Assembly (NCBI GenBank): GCA_964016885.1
Contig: OZ024740.1
Span: forward strand, 363,010,001-363,074,000
Direction of reading: 5' to 3'
DNA length: 64,000 bases
Origin: Eledone cirrhosa
Taxonomy: Eukaryota
A program made the translations under genes and the position numbers. The notes beneath the pieces were generated by a model. That model was given only the letters and a program-made list of their open reading frames with translations, ran no database searches and had not been told where the DNA came from. Shown here one piece after another: positions 49,921 through 63,985 of this stretch. Numbering within the stretch: position 1 is the stretch's first letter; each line of letters opens with the position of its first letter.

Positions 49921-51123
49921 AATTACATCCAAATTAGAGGCACAGCGATGGGAACGAAGTTTGCTCCCGTTTACGCGAACTCTGTAATGGGATACTTAGA
50001 ACAACAACTCTACCAAGAAATAGAGGAAAAATATAGTACTGACTTTAGAAAGTACATTGAAATATCTTGGAAGAGATACCTTGACGACTGTTTCATCATC
50101 TGGACAGAATCTCTAGATACTCTGGATGAGTTCAATATCCTCCTGAATAACCTACACCCATCTCTCCAATTCACAAAAGAGATGAGTAGGACCAAATTAC
50201 CATTCCTAGATATAATGATAATCAAAAACGACACCACCATTACCACGGATATATATTATAAACACACAGACACCCATCAATATCTGAATTTTAAGTCGTG
50301 CCATCCACCTCATACAAAACGCAACATCCCATACTGCCTAGCCAGAAGAATTTGTACCATTGTAGAAGATACGAATACCAGGTACAAACGCCTAACAGAA
50401 CTAAGAGAATTTTTGCTCAAACAAAAATACCCATCTCTACTTATATAAAATGGCATACAGCGGTCTATAAAAATACCTATACAACAACTTAGAACAACCC
50501 AAGGAAGAAGAAACCAAGAACTGGTCATACCATTTATAATGACACACAACCCATGTCACCAGAATATCTTCAACACTGCCAAAGCAAACCTACCGATCAT
50601 TGCTCAAAGTAATGAATTAAAAGGCTTAATCACAGATCGATCTTTGACTCTTAGTAAAAGACAGCCAAAAAATTTGAAGCAATTACTAACAAAAGCAAAG
50701 TTTGACCTTAACAACAAAGACCAATCATTCACTGTATCTAAATGCAATGATAGTCGATGCGGCACATGTCAATCCATACACGCCGGTCAATATATGAAAA
50801 CAAAAACTGGAAAAATATTCCCAAATGCAAATATGAACTGCAAAAGCAGAAATCTAATTTACTGCATTAAATGCCCGAATTGTGAAGAACTATATGCCGG
50901 TCAAACTGGAAATGCACTATCGGAACGTGCACGGGTACACCATCAACAAATCAGAGACCCAAATGTCCGTCAGATACCCCTAAGCAACCACCTAGCAACA
51001 TGTGGTCAGGGAATATTTATCATATTCCTATTCTACAAATTACACAGCCCAAGTGAAATCAAGAGAAAAATCAAAGAAAAGAATTTTATTGATAAATTCA
51101 AACCCAAGCTAAATGAACAATAA
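49921..51123 (+). pseudogene. Family D RT C-half + GIY-YIG endonuclease, one in-frame TAA at 50446-50448
   Basis: GTAMGTKFAP, WKRYLDD, HTKRNIPY, CNDSRCGTC, LIYCIKCPNCEELYAGQT and FKPKLN. The two ORF-track pieces share one frame. Confidence 0.93.
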
Positions 51124-51497
51124 TAACGCTTAGGGGTATTACTTCTACTACCACTATGACCACGACCACTAACAACAACAACAACAATAATAATAACAAT
51201 AAAAGTGATGTTGATGGTGATGATTAATAGAAAATGCTATTTTCATCATTTCTAAAAATAGCAAAACAATTGATGCTTTGGATATGATTATTGGTCGTTA
51301 GCATGCTCAACCAGCCGTGACGCTTAAACCAATCAGCTTTAGTAATTCAGTGAAACTATACACTGATTGGTCGAAATACAGTTTACAGGGCTTAGCATTC
51401 TGGAGCCACTTTTCTCTGTATAAAATGTATAAAAGGTAGGAAATTTACCCATCTCATTACAGTTGAAAATTGCAAACTCGACTGTCACCACATATTA

Positions 51498-51536
51498 TGA
51501 ACCTGAAGATTGCGAAAGCATGAAAGTACTTGTTCA
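51498..51536 (+). ncRNA. Minimal type I hammerhead, family D
   Basis: UGAAC-CUGAAGA-UUGC-GAAA-GCAU-GAAA-GUAC-UU^GUUCA. Confidence 0.88.
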
Positions 51537-51738
51537 ATTAACACTTAGAATTTAATATTCTATCATACTATTTCATTATAATACCATTATATATTTTAAA
51601 GGATTGTAAATAAAACGAGTAAATCAGACAAAGTTGGAATTCCTCTTATTAATATAATCTTCTATACACAATCATACACACCCGTGTATATTTACCTATC
51701 TATATCTATATATATATTCCTATTGTGTATATGCCAAC

Positions 51739-52983
51739 ATGTCTGGAAAGCAACAAATGAAACCAACAGAATCAGAAAGAATTCTAAAGGAGATATCATC
51801 GAAATTATCAACACTTATCACGATGATGGACACACAATCCTCTATTTTAAAGGAAATAGAAAAACAATCTACAGACGGAAAACTTATAACTGAACATATA
51901 AACTCTGAAATTAAGAATTTAGCTGAAATTATACCAACAGTTATCAAAGATACAAGAGAAAACCTACCACAACCCCCTTGGATGTCAGAAATAAACGAAA
52001 GAAATTTGGAAAACAAAACACATCGAATAAGAAAAGAAATGTGGAAGACATGGAAAAAATTCCTTAACATAAGAAAACAAAATTTCTGGAAAGCATACAG
52101 ATGCGAAAAATATGTCGAAACACATTCGAAATGGCTCTCTCTAACGGCACCCATACTCCCTCGTAAATACCTAATTACAGAAATTGCAGGAGAACCAGAA
52201 GAAGAAACAAAACTCCGATGGGAACTTACATTGACAAAATTCAGGACCGACATCTCCATTTCTGAATGTAAACAATCCCGCTACAAAGCCAAATATGAAG
52301 CTATTGATGACCAAATTGAAGTTGAAATTTCAAAGCTAACGACTGGTATTATAGCTGAAAAACTACGAGAACTATGGATCGGAGATATCTCAAAAGAAGA
52401 AAACAAATCAAGAATGGTATGGCAGCAGAAACAATTATTTCTCGATGAATATGCTGCAAATTACGGTAAAGACTCTGGAACCCTGAGAAAAAGCATTAAA
52501 AGTGGACAATCTCATCAACACAACATACGCCAGAACACGTGCCAACACAAACACTCACCTTACCTTGAATCAAAGAAGAACTACGGCAATAACTCTTCGC
52601 TTTTTCTACAAAAACACCCTATCGCACACAACATGAACAAAAAGCACAAACACGATAGATATTCCTTTGACCAGACCATGAGAAGTAGTAAAACCAGGAG
52701 ATCATTCTCAAGATCTCAACAGAGACTACCAACAAGGAATGTGGAAACAAAACGTAGAATAACCAGATCACTCTCAAGATCTCAACAGAGATTGCCCACA
52801 AGAAACTGGACGAAAAAACGATCTAAACCTGAAAGCAAACCTAGGTCATTTTCCCAGATTGTTAAAAATAATGCTAACAGGAAGAAAAATAATATACAGA
52901 ATACCAAAAATAGGACAAAATACATAACGAAACCAAATATAATATCACGACTAAGCGAATACCAACAGGAATATAAATCCTGA
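51739..52983 (+). CDS. PLE ORF1, family D (coiled-coil + basic RS-rich tail), 414 aa
   Basis: ATG lies just after the pLTR tail. Similar to family A ORF1, with a duplicated SRSQQRLPTRN repeat. Confidence 0.75.
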   Translation: MSGKQQMKPTESERILKEISSKLSTLITMMDTQSSILKEIEKQSTDGKLITEHINSEIKNLAEIIPTVIKDTRENLPQPPWMSEINERNLENKTHRIRKEMWKTWKKFLNIRKQNFWKAYRCEKYVETHSKWLSLTAPILPRKYLITEIAGEPEEETKLRWELTLTKFRTDISISECKQSRYKAKYEAIDDQIEVEISKLTTGIIAEKLRELWIGDISKEENKSRMVWQQKQLFLDEYAANYGKDSGTLRKSIKSGQSHQHNIRQNTCQHKHSPYLESKKNYGNNSSLFLQKHPIAHNMNKKHKHDRYSFDQTMRSSKTRRSFSRSQQRLPTRNVETKRRITRSLSRSQQRLPTRNWTKKRSKPESKPRSFSQIVKNNANRKKNNIQNTKNRTKYITKPNIISRLSEYQQEYKS

Positions 52984-52998
52984 ACAGAGAAAAATCCA

Positions 52999-53556
52999 TT
53001 TTTTAACGTCAGGACAACAAAAACCGGAAAAAGAAAAACTCCAGGAGGAAACATACCCAAAACAGCTGTACACGTAAATCCTAAAATAATTAATTTATCT
53101 AAAAGAGATCTTGACAATGATGAAATGCAAATTCTGTCAAAAGGACTGAAATTCACACCGACTCCAACAGTCAACCACCAAGAACTGAAGGAGGATACCC
53201 AAGAATTCTGTCGAAAATTACGTCTTGTAGAATTCTTCGCTGATAAAAATAATGAGAGTGATGAATCACTAGTAAAGAATAAATCAAATTTCACTCCGCC
53301 AAAAGGAAGAAATATCTATCTCGACCAATATATTGACATCCTGTCTAAATTTCCTCTTAGACATAATACTAATGTTAGGCCAAACATTAACAAATCGGAA
53401 ATGTCTGCACTTAAACGTATACAAAATGATAAAACAATAATAATTAAACAAGCAGATAAAGGGGGTGCAGTTGTTATAATGGATACTGAATACTACAAGG
53501 ATTTGGTTGAGGAACAACTGAAAGACACAACATTCTATCATGAAATACCGTCAAAT
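52999..53556 (+). pseudogene. N-terminal part of family D pol
   Basis: IINLS..ILSKGLKFTPTP, FCRKLRL and IIKQADKGGAVVIM. Truncated at the adjacent element. Confidence 0.88.
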
Positions 53557-54128
53557 ATATTTTATTCAAACTTTACATGTGTATTACATCTGTGTTTCAA
53601 GAAGTGTTATGCACATAAAAAATTCAACTTTATTATCTCCTATGGCCCGCATTAGGTGAAAAACTGCGTTTTTAAAGAGTTTTAGGGGGGGAGGGGGGTT
53701 TAGGCGTTACATCAGACCGATTTCCTTGAAATTGTAACTATGTATTAGTCAGTCTCTTCTTCATACCGTAAGGAAAGAAAATCCAACTTTCTTATGGCCT
53801 AGGGCCCGCATTAGGTGAAAAACTTCATTTTTCAGCTTTTTAGGGTTTTTTTGAGGTGTTAAATCTAGCCGATTTTCCCGAAATTTCAAGGCATATTATG
53901 CACATAAAAAAATTCATTTTCTTGATCCCCCAGAGCCCGCATTAGGTGAAAACCTGCATTTTTCCTGCTTCATCGAAGAAAATCTTAAAGATTATCCAGC
54001 CATCAGAGTATTCGGTTTATTTTCTTTACATATTGTCCAGGCATGCAGTTTTTCCACGATTAGGTCTGTTGGCGGCCCGCGTTCCAAAATACCTTCTCCC
54101 GTGCAACGCCGGGTACCACTGCTAGTAT
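53557..54128. mobile_element. Helentron/HINE-like non-autonomous element
   Basis: Ends CCGTGCAACGCCGGGTACCACTGCTAGTA and contains three internal GCCCGCATTAGGTGAAAA repeats. Confidence 0.55.
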
Positions 54129-54611
54129 GAAATAGTTTCAAGTCTGTAACAACTAAATTACTATCAAATACTGTACTTATAAACACTAAGTATTCTCCTT
54201 TTATATTGTGACTCAGTCCTGCCTATTAGCTCTACATTGCAAACCTTATCTTTCTCAAACAAAAACAAAAATGACATCACGGGTCTATGATAGAAATTTA
54301 CATGGTCGTATGTGTTGGCATGTGGCTTTGTGGTGAAGGTTTTAGGCTTACGACAGATAGGTCGGGCGTTCGATTCCTACGACGCAAGATAATTAATTTC
54401 TTGTTGCTTTAGTCCATTAAGCCGGCAAAAAATGTAGTGCAGCTGTAATCAAGGCCAGTGTTGTAGCACAAAATGTAGAATTTACCTGAGATGTGTGGTC
54501 TGCGGAAAGCTCAACCACTCGCACGTTGATTTCATGAGCAGGCAGTTCCATTTATTTCATTAACTGAAACACTGACGGAGGTTCGACAGCACTACGTACC
54601 GGCAACCACAC

Positions 54612-54746
<135 letters not shown>

Positions 54747-54916
54747 CTGATTAAAGCCGAAACCGCTTGGCGCCGCGGTCTGGATGTTACATATCTCTAT
54801 ACTCACTCTACATCTCCCCATGTATCGAGTACTCACATGATTAGTGGTCTCCTCGGTCTTAGCACCGCAGATTCTCTCTCTCCTCTCTCTCTCTGTTTCT
54901 CTCTCTTTTTCTCTCA

Positions 54917-55015
<99 letters not shown>

Positions 55016-55664
55016 ATATAAACTATGTAATTGTTAGTTGATAAAGAGCTCTCTACAGACTGTGGAATGGAATATATAATAGTTTAACGTAGATCAGTTG
55101 TACTGCTAACCTTTTACGTTCTAATGATACCAACATTTTATTCATATAAGATTATCACACGACATTTGTTCCCATTTACCGTTTATTATACTGACACTTA
55201 ACAGTATTTACTTGTTAGATATCAATTACATGATGACATTAATGCAACAACCGATGAACATCTATATAGCTGGTTACGTTAGTTGATTGGGGATTCAATG
55301 ATGGACAACTATCGGTTTCGACGATGAGTGTTGCAGTTGTTCGATCAACGGCACACACAGCCTGTTTATGAAATTAACGTGTCCGGGGATGAGTAGTCCA
55401 TGAATACGTGTACAGTGTACCCATAACGTGTACTGATATAGACAGACCTGTCAACTCTCCCCGTCCGATGGGGGGGGGGGGATCTTCCACCCACTTTGGG
55501 AGGAGTGAGAGATGTCTTCTCTTGTGAATATGAGTATAGCTTTCATTTTGCCTCATTTCTCCCCGTTTTGGGGCAATTCTTTTTATGGTACTCCCGTTTG
55601 GGATTTTAGAGGTTGGCAGCTCTGTATAGATTCAGGTGTCACAGTGTATGACAGAGTTACTCAT

Positions 55665-55845
55665 TTGAATTACATGAACAGTCAATCCGATTGCTTCCAA
55701 ACAGTTTCCGTCTACACAATTTATCTCACAAGGTATCGGTCTTCGCGAGGCTTTGGTAAATGACACTTGCTCAAGAAGCTTCGTTGTGGAATCGAACCCA
55801 GGACCTAATGATTGTGAAACGAACCTCTTTACCATTTGGCTTATC
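55665..55845 (-). mobile_element. tRNA-derived SINE (CORE-like, diverged)
   Basis: - strand has GGTAAAGAGGTTCGTTTCAC..CTGGGTTCGATTCCAC..CTTGAGCAAGTGTC. Confidence 0.55.
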
Positions 55846-56035
55846 TGGGTCCACTTGGATGCAATAAAAATGAAATGAAATAATATTTTAGGATCTTTCA
55901 CTGTTAATTTGCTAGAAGGAATCTCTTGAAATGCAATGGAATGACGCGTGCAGCAGATGTCGCTGGCTGTTACTCGTGGAAATGCTTTCGCCATCTTGTC
56001 TGTGAGGCACAACTCAGATGTACTGTCCCGTTTAA

Positions 56036-56223
56036 CCCTTCAGCATTTGCATTACTCTATATTTTCTATTGTATTTTCATAGTAAACACTTTACCTCACA
56101 TAATTACCTCACATAATATCGAATCTACGAGATTTTGATATTATTTATTTTGAGAACAATACCTTAACATCAGTTTGAACAGAAAGAGGTGAGAGATTTG
56201 TGGCCGGTTTAAATGCTAAAGGG
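56036..56223. mobile_element. piggyBac-like MITE
   Basis: TTAA|CCCTTCAGCATTT ... AAATGCTAAAGGG|TTAA. Confidence 0.8.
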
Positions 56224-56237
56224 TTAAGTTTCTAAAG

Positions 56238-56401
56238 CAGTCATGGGCAAATTGCAACCCATGTGCCGCATGCCGCCCATTTGGCTTTATGAATAGCACG
56301 CCTAATTTCAAAATTGCCTTGAATTTTTTAGTAGTGCGTCCCGCCTTATGATGAGCCATATCCTATGCGGTCGACTGCTCGAAAAAGGTTGCCCATGCCT
56401 G
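56238..56401. mobile_element. hAT-like MITE
   Basis: TIRs CAGTCATGGGCAA and TTGCCCATGCCTG, with degenerate 8-bp flanks TTCTAAAG and GTTTAAAG. Confidence 0.75.
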
Positions 56402-58719
56402 GTTTAAAGTTTGCCCCCTTTTCCTTTCCTTCTTTTCTTTCTTTACTTTTTCATCTTCTTTATCTCCATGCTTTTTCTCTTTTACTCTCTTCATGTTTGT
56501 AAATATATGCAAATAATACGCAATATAATCATTTTAGCCATACAACAAACACACAAAAACTATTAACTTAACTTTATATTTATCATTAGGAAATAAATTA
56601 TATATATGTATTAAAGATACTAGTTGTTGTATGTTTTTAAATAGCTAAAGTGATTTTTCCATATTGTAATTGCTTTAGATTCACTCAAGGTCTCATATGA
56701 AATCATTTAACAGACAAGTACAACTCCAAAATATAAATAACGATTTTTTATAAGTAAAATAACTTTTTCATCAGAATGCGGTGGAATTGCAGTACCGGTA
56801 GAACGCCAGACAGGATACTTTGCGGTATATAGTCACGGCCCTTTACGTTCTGAGTTCAAAACGCGCCGAGGTTAGCTTTGCTTTTCATCCTTACGGGGTT
56901 GATAAAGTAACGTACCAGTAATGCAATGGGGTCGATTTAATCGACATTCCCTTTCCCTTAAAATTGCAGGCCTTGTGCCAAATGTAGAAACAATCATTAA
57001 GTCGGTATATATTTGCTAGATATTTGATTGGAATTCACATTATCGTTTATCGATGTTTTATCATATGATACGATGTACTTTGTTATTGTTATTGATGTTG
57101 TCTACTCTAGTTCAGTCATAACTGAACAGACAGATCTATGATCATATTGATTACGTGCCGATATCATCCCGCATCCCGTTATTTTAAATATATATTGGCA
57201 TGTATTGTTCCAAGTAACCCCTTTAATTCAGACTAAGATTTGAGGGGCATTTTGCTGATATTCCTATCTCTTTATGCGACCACTTTGTTTAACATCAGTC
57301 ATTTCCGCCGTAAAGTGATCCAGTTATTCAAACAAACAAACAAACAAAAAAAAGCCTACTCGTGAAACGAACATTCAAGTGGCTGGGTTCAAGAATGTGC
57401 ATCCCATTCTTTCGAAAAAGATACAGTTTGGCAAGCTGATAAAACTAGCATTGACACCTCTTGCTCTGACAATACTGAGAAAATTACGAAGCTTACATTT
57501 TCCACTACACAGTCCACATTCACTCACAGCAGATCATGTGATGGGCCATAACACCATACGATGTTATCTTCTCTTTGGATATTTTTAAAACAGTGCTACA
57601 CGGTAAAGATGTTTAGCGTTTTATTTATTGATCGTAGAAATTATTATTTATTTTATTTAATTATACATATTTAATTATAAATATTTGTATTTAATGGTCA
57701 ATGCACCTATCTGAGGTGTGGAACCTAGGCGGCTGACTAATTAGCTTTAATATTTGTGTCAACTCTGATTGTACGGTTTCATATATTTTCTTTATTTTGA
57801 TATTTCTGAAATGTGTTCATTTCTTATCTAAATGGAAATGTTATTTCTAGTTTTGTTAGCTATATCTAAAGTTACTTATTTAAATAGAAGTCGACTCTTG
57901 TCACTCTTAATTATTCGTGTGTTAGAGGTGGACGTTTGTGTAATTATAGCGAGATTCTGTTCTCATTATGGTTATTATTGAAAACACCTACAGTTGGTAT
58001 CAACAAATATGTTGTTCCTTGTGATGGCGCGTGGCTGAGCGGTTAATGTGATCAGCGCACCATCAAACGCAATCTTAAATATGTTAATTTCAAGGAAATT
58101 TGGCTGTTATTTTTAGCAGATCCAGTGGCTATATAGACTCTCCATAAGTAATTCATGAAATGGAAATATATTACTATTAATAAATGCTTCTACTTTTGGC
58201 ACAAGGCCAGCAATTTGAAGGGTAGGGGGAAAGTCGACTAAATCTATTCCAGTGTGTTACGAGTACTTTATTTTATCAACCCTGCAAGAATGAAAGCCAA
58301 ACTAACCTCGACATTATTGAACTCAGAAAGTAAAGGGTTGTAAAGCTAACCTCGCTGGGATTTGAACTCAGAACGTAAAGGACAGTAACTAAATGCCGCA
58401 AAGCATTTTGCCTCACTCGCTACCGATACTGCCTATTCACCGAACTTGCTTTATTATTTGTTCAAATCCCACCAAGGTTAGCTTTGCCTTCATCCTTACG
58501 GGGTCGATAAAATAAAGCACCAGTAACGTACTGAGGTAGATTTATCGACTTTCCCCTCCCCAAATTACTATCCTTGTGCCTATACTATAAATCATTATTA
58601 TTATGACTAGCAGAAAAACCGCCCAACGGCGGTTTTTCTGCTAGCATATGTAGAGTGCATATTGGTAGTATACGCAAATATATAGATATATGTAAATTAA
58701 AAAGTAAATTGACAATAAC

Positions 58720-59345
58720 TTCTTCTTCACCCACTTATTTCTGAGACGGTCGTGGGGGCAGAGTCCTTCTCAAACACTTCTTCCAGCGAGTCTGTCAGTA
58801 GCAAACATCTTTAACTGATCCAGCTGGATCCCAAAGCGTGACCAGCCAAGCTCATGGATGTTATCCAACTATCTTGCTCAGGGTCTACCTCTGGGTCTCT
58901 TGCTGGTTGGTTTTGCCTGCAAAATGTGTCCAGCAATTCTTTACTGAGACATTCTTACCACATGCTTATAATATCGGAGTTGTGATCCGTCAATTCGGAG
59001 AAGTAGCGGCTCTACAAGGAGTGACTCTGAGTTATGCACTTTATCGAGTAACGTTACTCCAAAGACCCTTCGGAGGAATCCCATTTCTGCCACTTTTATT
59101 TGCAATTGTATTCTTTTGGTCATTACTCGGTAAGAGTTAGCAGGAATACCAGGAAGATAGCGAGTTTGGCTTTTACACCTACATCTGAATGCTGAGGCTG
59201 GCGCATTACTGCATCAGCTTTTGCAATTCTTGCTCTTAATTCAGCCTCCTACATTCCATCACTCATGAACACGGTTCCAAGATACTTGAACTTCTCTAAC
59301 TGCTTCAGTAGAACTCCATTCAAATGTATATAAATTTGAGGGTTT
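58720..59345 (-). mobile_element. Degraded RTE-clade LINE 3' fragment
   Basis: FKYLG..FMSDG, AEMGFLRRVFGVTLLDKV and SQLRYYKHVVRM. Confidence 0.75.
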
Positions 59346-60511
59346 CTGTCCACCCGTAAATCACACAATGTGTATGTATGTTTATGTGAATGCATGTGTG
59401 TGTAAAGGGAACCAAAGGGATACACACATATATGTCTCTAACTTAAAAATGGTGACACACACACACGTCTCTAATTTAAGAACGCCGATAAACTCACGCG
59501 CACGCTCATACACACACTGTCCTATTACCACTTAAGAGCTTTGGCCCGGGAAAACAACCCCTCAATTTTTTTGTTTGCGCGATTATAGTTATATACTCAT
59601 ACATATTAATGTATGTATGTGCACACTCATACACGTCAGCGTGTAGAAAATCATAATCACTCTATCTCTCTCATCACAAACTCACTCTTTCTATATATAT
59701 GGTAGTTGAAGTGGTGGTGGTGGCGACGATATACCGGAAGTGTAAAAATTTTAAACTTTGAAAAGAAGTCAATTTTTAATTATTTATATTTACGAAATTT
59801 AGTAGATAAATTATGTAATATTCATTCATTATTTATTCAAGGTAATCCAACTTATTTTACTAACTGGATTAAAAGAAATAAACCGTACGCAGTCCCGCAC
59901 TCCTTACTTTATTATAGTTTAGATTATACATCATGAGTTCACATCCCACTGAGGTTAGCTTTGCCTTTCAACCTTACGGGGTTGATGAACTAAAATACCA
60001 GTAACTCATAGGGGGGTGGGGTGATGTACTCGATTTAATCGACTTTCCCCTTCCCTTCAAATTGCTGGCCTTGTCCCCAAATTAGAAGCAATTATTAACA
60101 ATAAAGCAAGTAATATTTTCTTCCTTAATGTTATAGTAAAGACTGGGTTCGCACAGTAAGGAATTCTTATGTACATAAGTCATTTATTTCAGCTGAGTGG
60201 ATTGGAACAAAATGAAATAAAATGTCTTGCCCAAGGACACACCAAGCCACCAATAATCGAACTGGCGATTGAGAGCCGAACACTCTAACCACTAAACCAC
60301 GTGCCTCTACCACGTGTACACACACATTGTCCATCATTGCTTATCTTTAAAAAGAAAAGCAAAACACACACATACACAACATACACATACATAAAGAAAC
60401 ACAGTTGCTTACGTGCATCACCGGCAGCACTTACAACAACTACCACATAATCACTTGTAAGTTAAGTAGCAACATCAGCAGTAGCAAGAACAACAGCAGA
60501 ATTACCTCTAC

Positions 60512-60589
60512 CGATACTAATACTAATACTGCTACCACCACCACCACCACCACTACTACTACTACTAGTAGTAGTAGCAGTAGTACTAG

Positions 60590-60646
<57 letters not shown>

Positions 60647-60650
60647 CACA
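60512..60650. repeat. (ACT/ACC/AGT)n trinucleotide repeat
   Basis: Seen directly in the sequence. Confidence 0.95.
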
Positions 60651-60964
60651 AACGCCAACGTTTTACACAAAAACAAATTAAAAAGGAGAATAAAAAATAA
60701 TAAGGAACTCAAAATAGGCTAAAAAGAAAAAGGCTCAGTGAGAATGAGTCAAATGCCTACCAGAGCAATAGACGACAAGAAATATAGACGGATAGAGATA
60801 TAGGCTCATAGAACAGGACTTTACATACATTCCTGCCTCTGCATAAACTGGACTAAAATCTCAAAGGTTTGATCTCGCTAATTCGATTTTTCAATACCAT
60901 CTTTCAGTCGTTGTTGATTATGTCTTAAAGTTAATTCATACATATATGTATGTATGTATGTATG

Positions 60965-60998
<34 letters not shown>

Positions 60999-61909
60999 TG
61001 TGTGTGTGTGATTGTGTGATTGTGTGATTGTGTAAGTGTGTGTGTGTGAGGGAGTGTGTGGGAGGGGGGGGGGCGTGAGTGTGTGTATGTGTGTGAGTGT
61101 ATATGTGTGTATGAGCGCGCACGTTTGTGTGTGTGTATGCTTGAGTGTGCGTATATATATATTTTTTTTTTTCAGCTAATGCGAGATTCGATTCCCGTCA
61201 CTTTCCTTTATCATATTTCACGTGAAATAAACAAAAAATGCATGATTTAAGTTTACGTTTATTATAGATATTTTAACTGATACACTTGCGTGTGTGTATG
61301 TGTGTGTGTGTGTGGGGGGGGGTATGTGTCTGTATCTGTGTGTGTGAGAGAGTATATGTGTGTGTGTATATGTGAATGTGTATATGTGGGTGTGAGTGTG
61401 TGTATGAGAGTGTATGTGTGTGTGTGTGTGAGAGAGTATATATGTGTGTGTGTATGTGTGAGTGAGAGAGAGCGAGTGTATGTGTGTGTGTGTATGAGAC
61501 AGAGTGTGTGCGTGTGTGTGAGAGAGAGTATATGTGTGTGCTCAAGTGCATTATCTTATCTGATCTGATTCTTATACAAATATAATAAACATAATGCATG
61601 ATACAAAAATCCAGATACGCGCGCGCACACATTCATACCTACGCATATACATATATATATGCGCATATTGTATATATGCATACATTATATATATAAGAGG
61701 GGGGGGGGGGGGGTGAAAAAATTGTCACACGCACACACACATTTTTATACATAAAGCAATAAAACTAAATCTTCGAAGTGACAGCCTCTTTCTTTACACC
61801 GCTTATGTGTACTGTATGCTCATACAGTTAATGTTTGGATGTTTTAAGTACAATACTATTTTAAACACACACACATTTATACATATAGATATAGCTATAA
61901 ACACGTTTC

Positions 61910-61950
<41 letters not shown>

Positions 61951-62070
61951 CGTGTGTGTGTCTATATAATTTATACATACACATATATATATTATACATA
62001 TATGTATAATATATATATATATATATTATTCAAAATATAAACAAATGAAGAATATTCACACAATCAAAAT

Positions 62071-62143
62071 ATATGCTTTATTATATATATATTTCAAAGA
62101 TACTGTGTTGTTTTTTCAGTACGTCTTCATCAGATAAAGTATA

Positions 62144-62144
<1 letters not shown>
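62071..62144 (-). ncRNA. Type I hammerhead, J-like
   Basis: - strand reads AUAUACUUUAU-CUGAUGA-AGACGUACUG~CAGUAUCUUU-GAAA-UAUAUAUA-UA^AUAAAGCAUAU. Confidence 0.68.
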
Positions 62145-62205
<61 letters not shown>

Positions 62206-62496
62206 TCACGTTGCCTGAAGATTACGATAATGTTACAAGTATGTGTGGCATATACGGGCACCTGCACTGTTAATACAATGGGTAGGTAGTTTGGAGATCG
62301 AACAAGTGGGACACTATTATGGAAACTGAAGCGTGATCCATTGTCATGTTATAAACAGACATACATGCCTGTTTGTATACATCCATACAGCCATACATAT
62401 TTACATACATAGATACATAGTTAGACACATACAAGCATACATACACTCAAACATTCATATATTCTTATATATAGAGAAACAAGCACACATACACAC

Positions 62497-62536
<40 letters not shown>

Positions 62537-62555
62537 ATCTATATATATTTATATA

Positions 62556-62614
<59 letters not shown>

Positions 62615-62938
62615 GGACAGTTTTGCGTACACAGAGACAGACTTACTAATATTTACTCATAATATCGTCTGTTTAATGAGTTGTCATCTGAAGTACTTGA
62701 GATAAAAACGAAACAAACAAAAACATATATAAGCATACATTGATAAGAAGATAGGAGAAGATTTTAAAGAACCCTTGATCATACTCTCATTGAAGCTCAG
62801 AGAATGTTAGAGTTACACAGTATCTATTTACTTATTATTTGGGTAATCAATTTCATGTCCGTGCAGAGCTGGTGCGCCATGACAGACTGAGAAAGGTATC
62901 TAATACCCTTTAAATATAAGAAACAAAAGCATGTATAC

Positions 62939-63036
<98 letters not shown>

Positions 63037-63942
63037 ATATATATATACATATATATACATATACATATATATACATATACATATATATACAAATTCGCTT
63101 AAAGAGTAGGGACCGAGGAAACAATATTTCCATTGATCTTTCCAATTGCTAATACTATCTGTCAGTCGCAACTCGAGGTAGAAGGTGCAGCATAAAATAA
63201 AGGGTCTTACTCAAGGACAACGCATCGCCCGGTCCGGGAATTGAAATCACAACCTCACGATTGCGAATTCAATTCTCTAACCATTGAGCCACTATAAAAG
63301 AAAACGTCTGTGTAAACCTTGTAAACCATGGCAGACTGAGAAATATCTATAATACCCCTTATATATCAGAAACAAGTGGTGGGGGTAGAATAGAGAGAGA
63401 CAGAGAAGGCACCAGAAAGGAAAATAAGAAAATGAAAGTGAAACAAGTTAGGTAAAGAGCAATTAAATATTCTGTTGTTGAATCTTTTCGTAGAATCCAT
63501 TAATTGGAAGATCTTATTTATGTTTGTATTTATATTGTATCCTTGACAATATCTTGTACCTCCAAACATGACCGCTTGTTTTAAAGACCACCTTTTAAAT
63601 GGCGGCCTCTCTTGCTCTCAGACCAGTAGGTTTTACATAGGGAAAAATGATGATTATTTATTACCAACTCAATGTTTTGGGGCGAAGAATTTATTTGGAA
63701 ACAGAGGTATGCCCTTATATAAGCGTACGCTTAGCTGTGAGGTTAAGGACTTCGCTTCATAATCACGTCCTTTTGGGTTCACTCCGTGAGTTCACAAATG
63801 TTGTGAATGGAAATTAGTTGACGAAAACTGCAGAAGCCCACCATACACACACACACGCACACACTCACACACACACTCACACACACACACATATATATAT
63901 AAATATATATTATATATATATATATATATTATATATATATAT

Positions 63943-63985
<43 letters not shown>

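Larger units (their letters stand above)
49919..53556 (+). mobile_element. Penelope-like element, family D; tandem junction (3' half + pLTR + 5' half of the next unit)
   Basis: RT C-half and endonuclease at 49919-51123, UTR/pLTR at 51124-51710, ORF1 at 51739-52983, RT N-terminus to ~53556. Confidence 0.92.

Noticed and set aside
53640-53960. Three spaced GCCCGCATTAGGTGAAAA repeats as a CRISPR-like array
   Set aside because: Spacing is long and irregular, the intervening sequences are partly similar to each other, the context is a eukaryotic repeat, and there are no cas genes.
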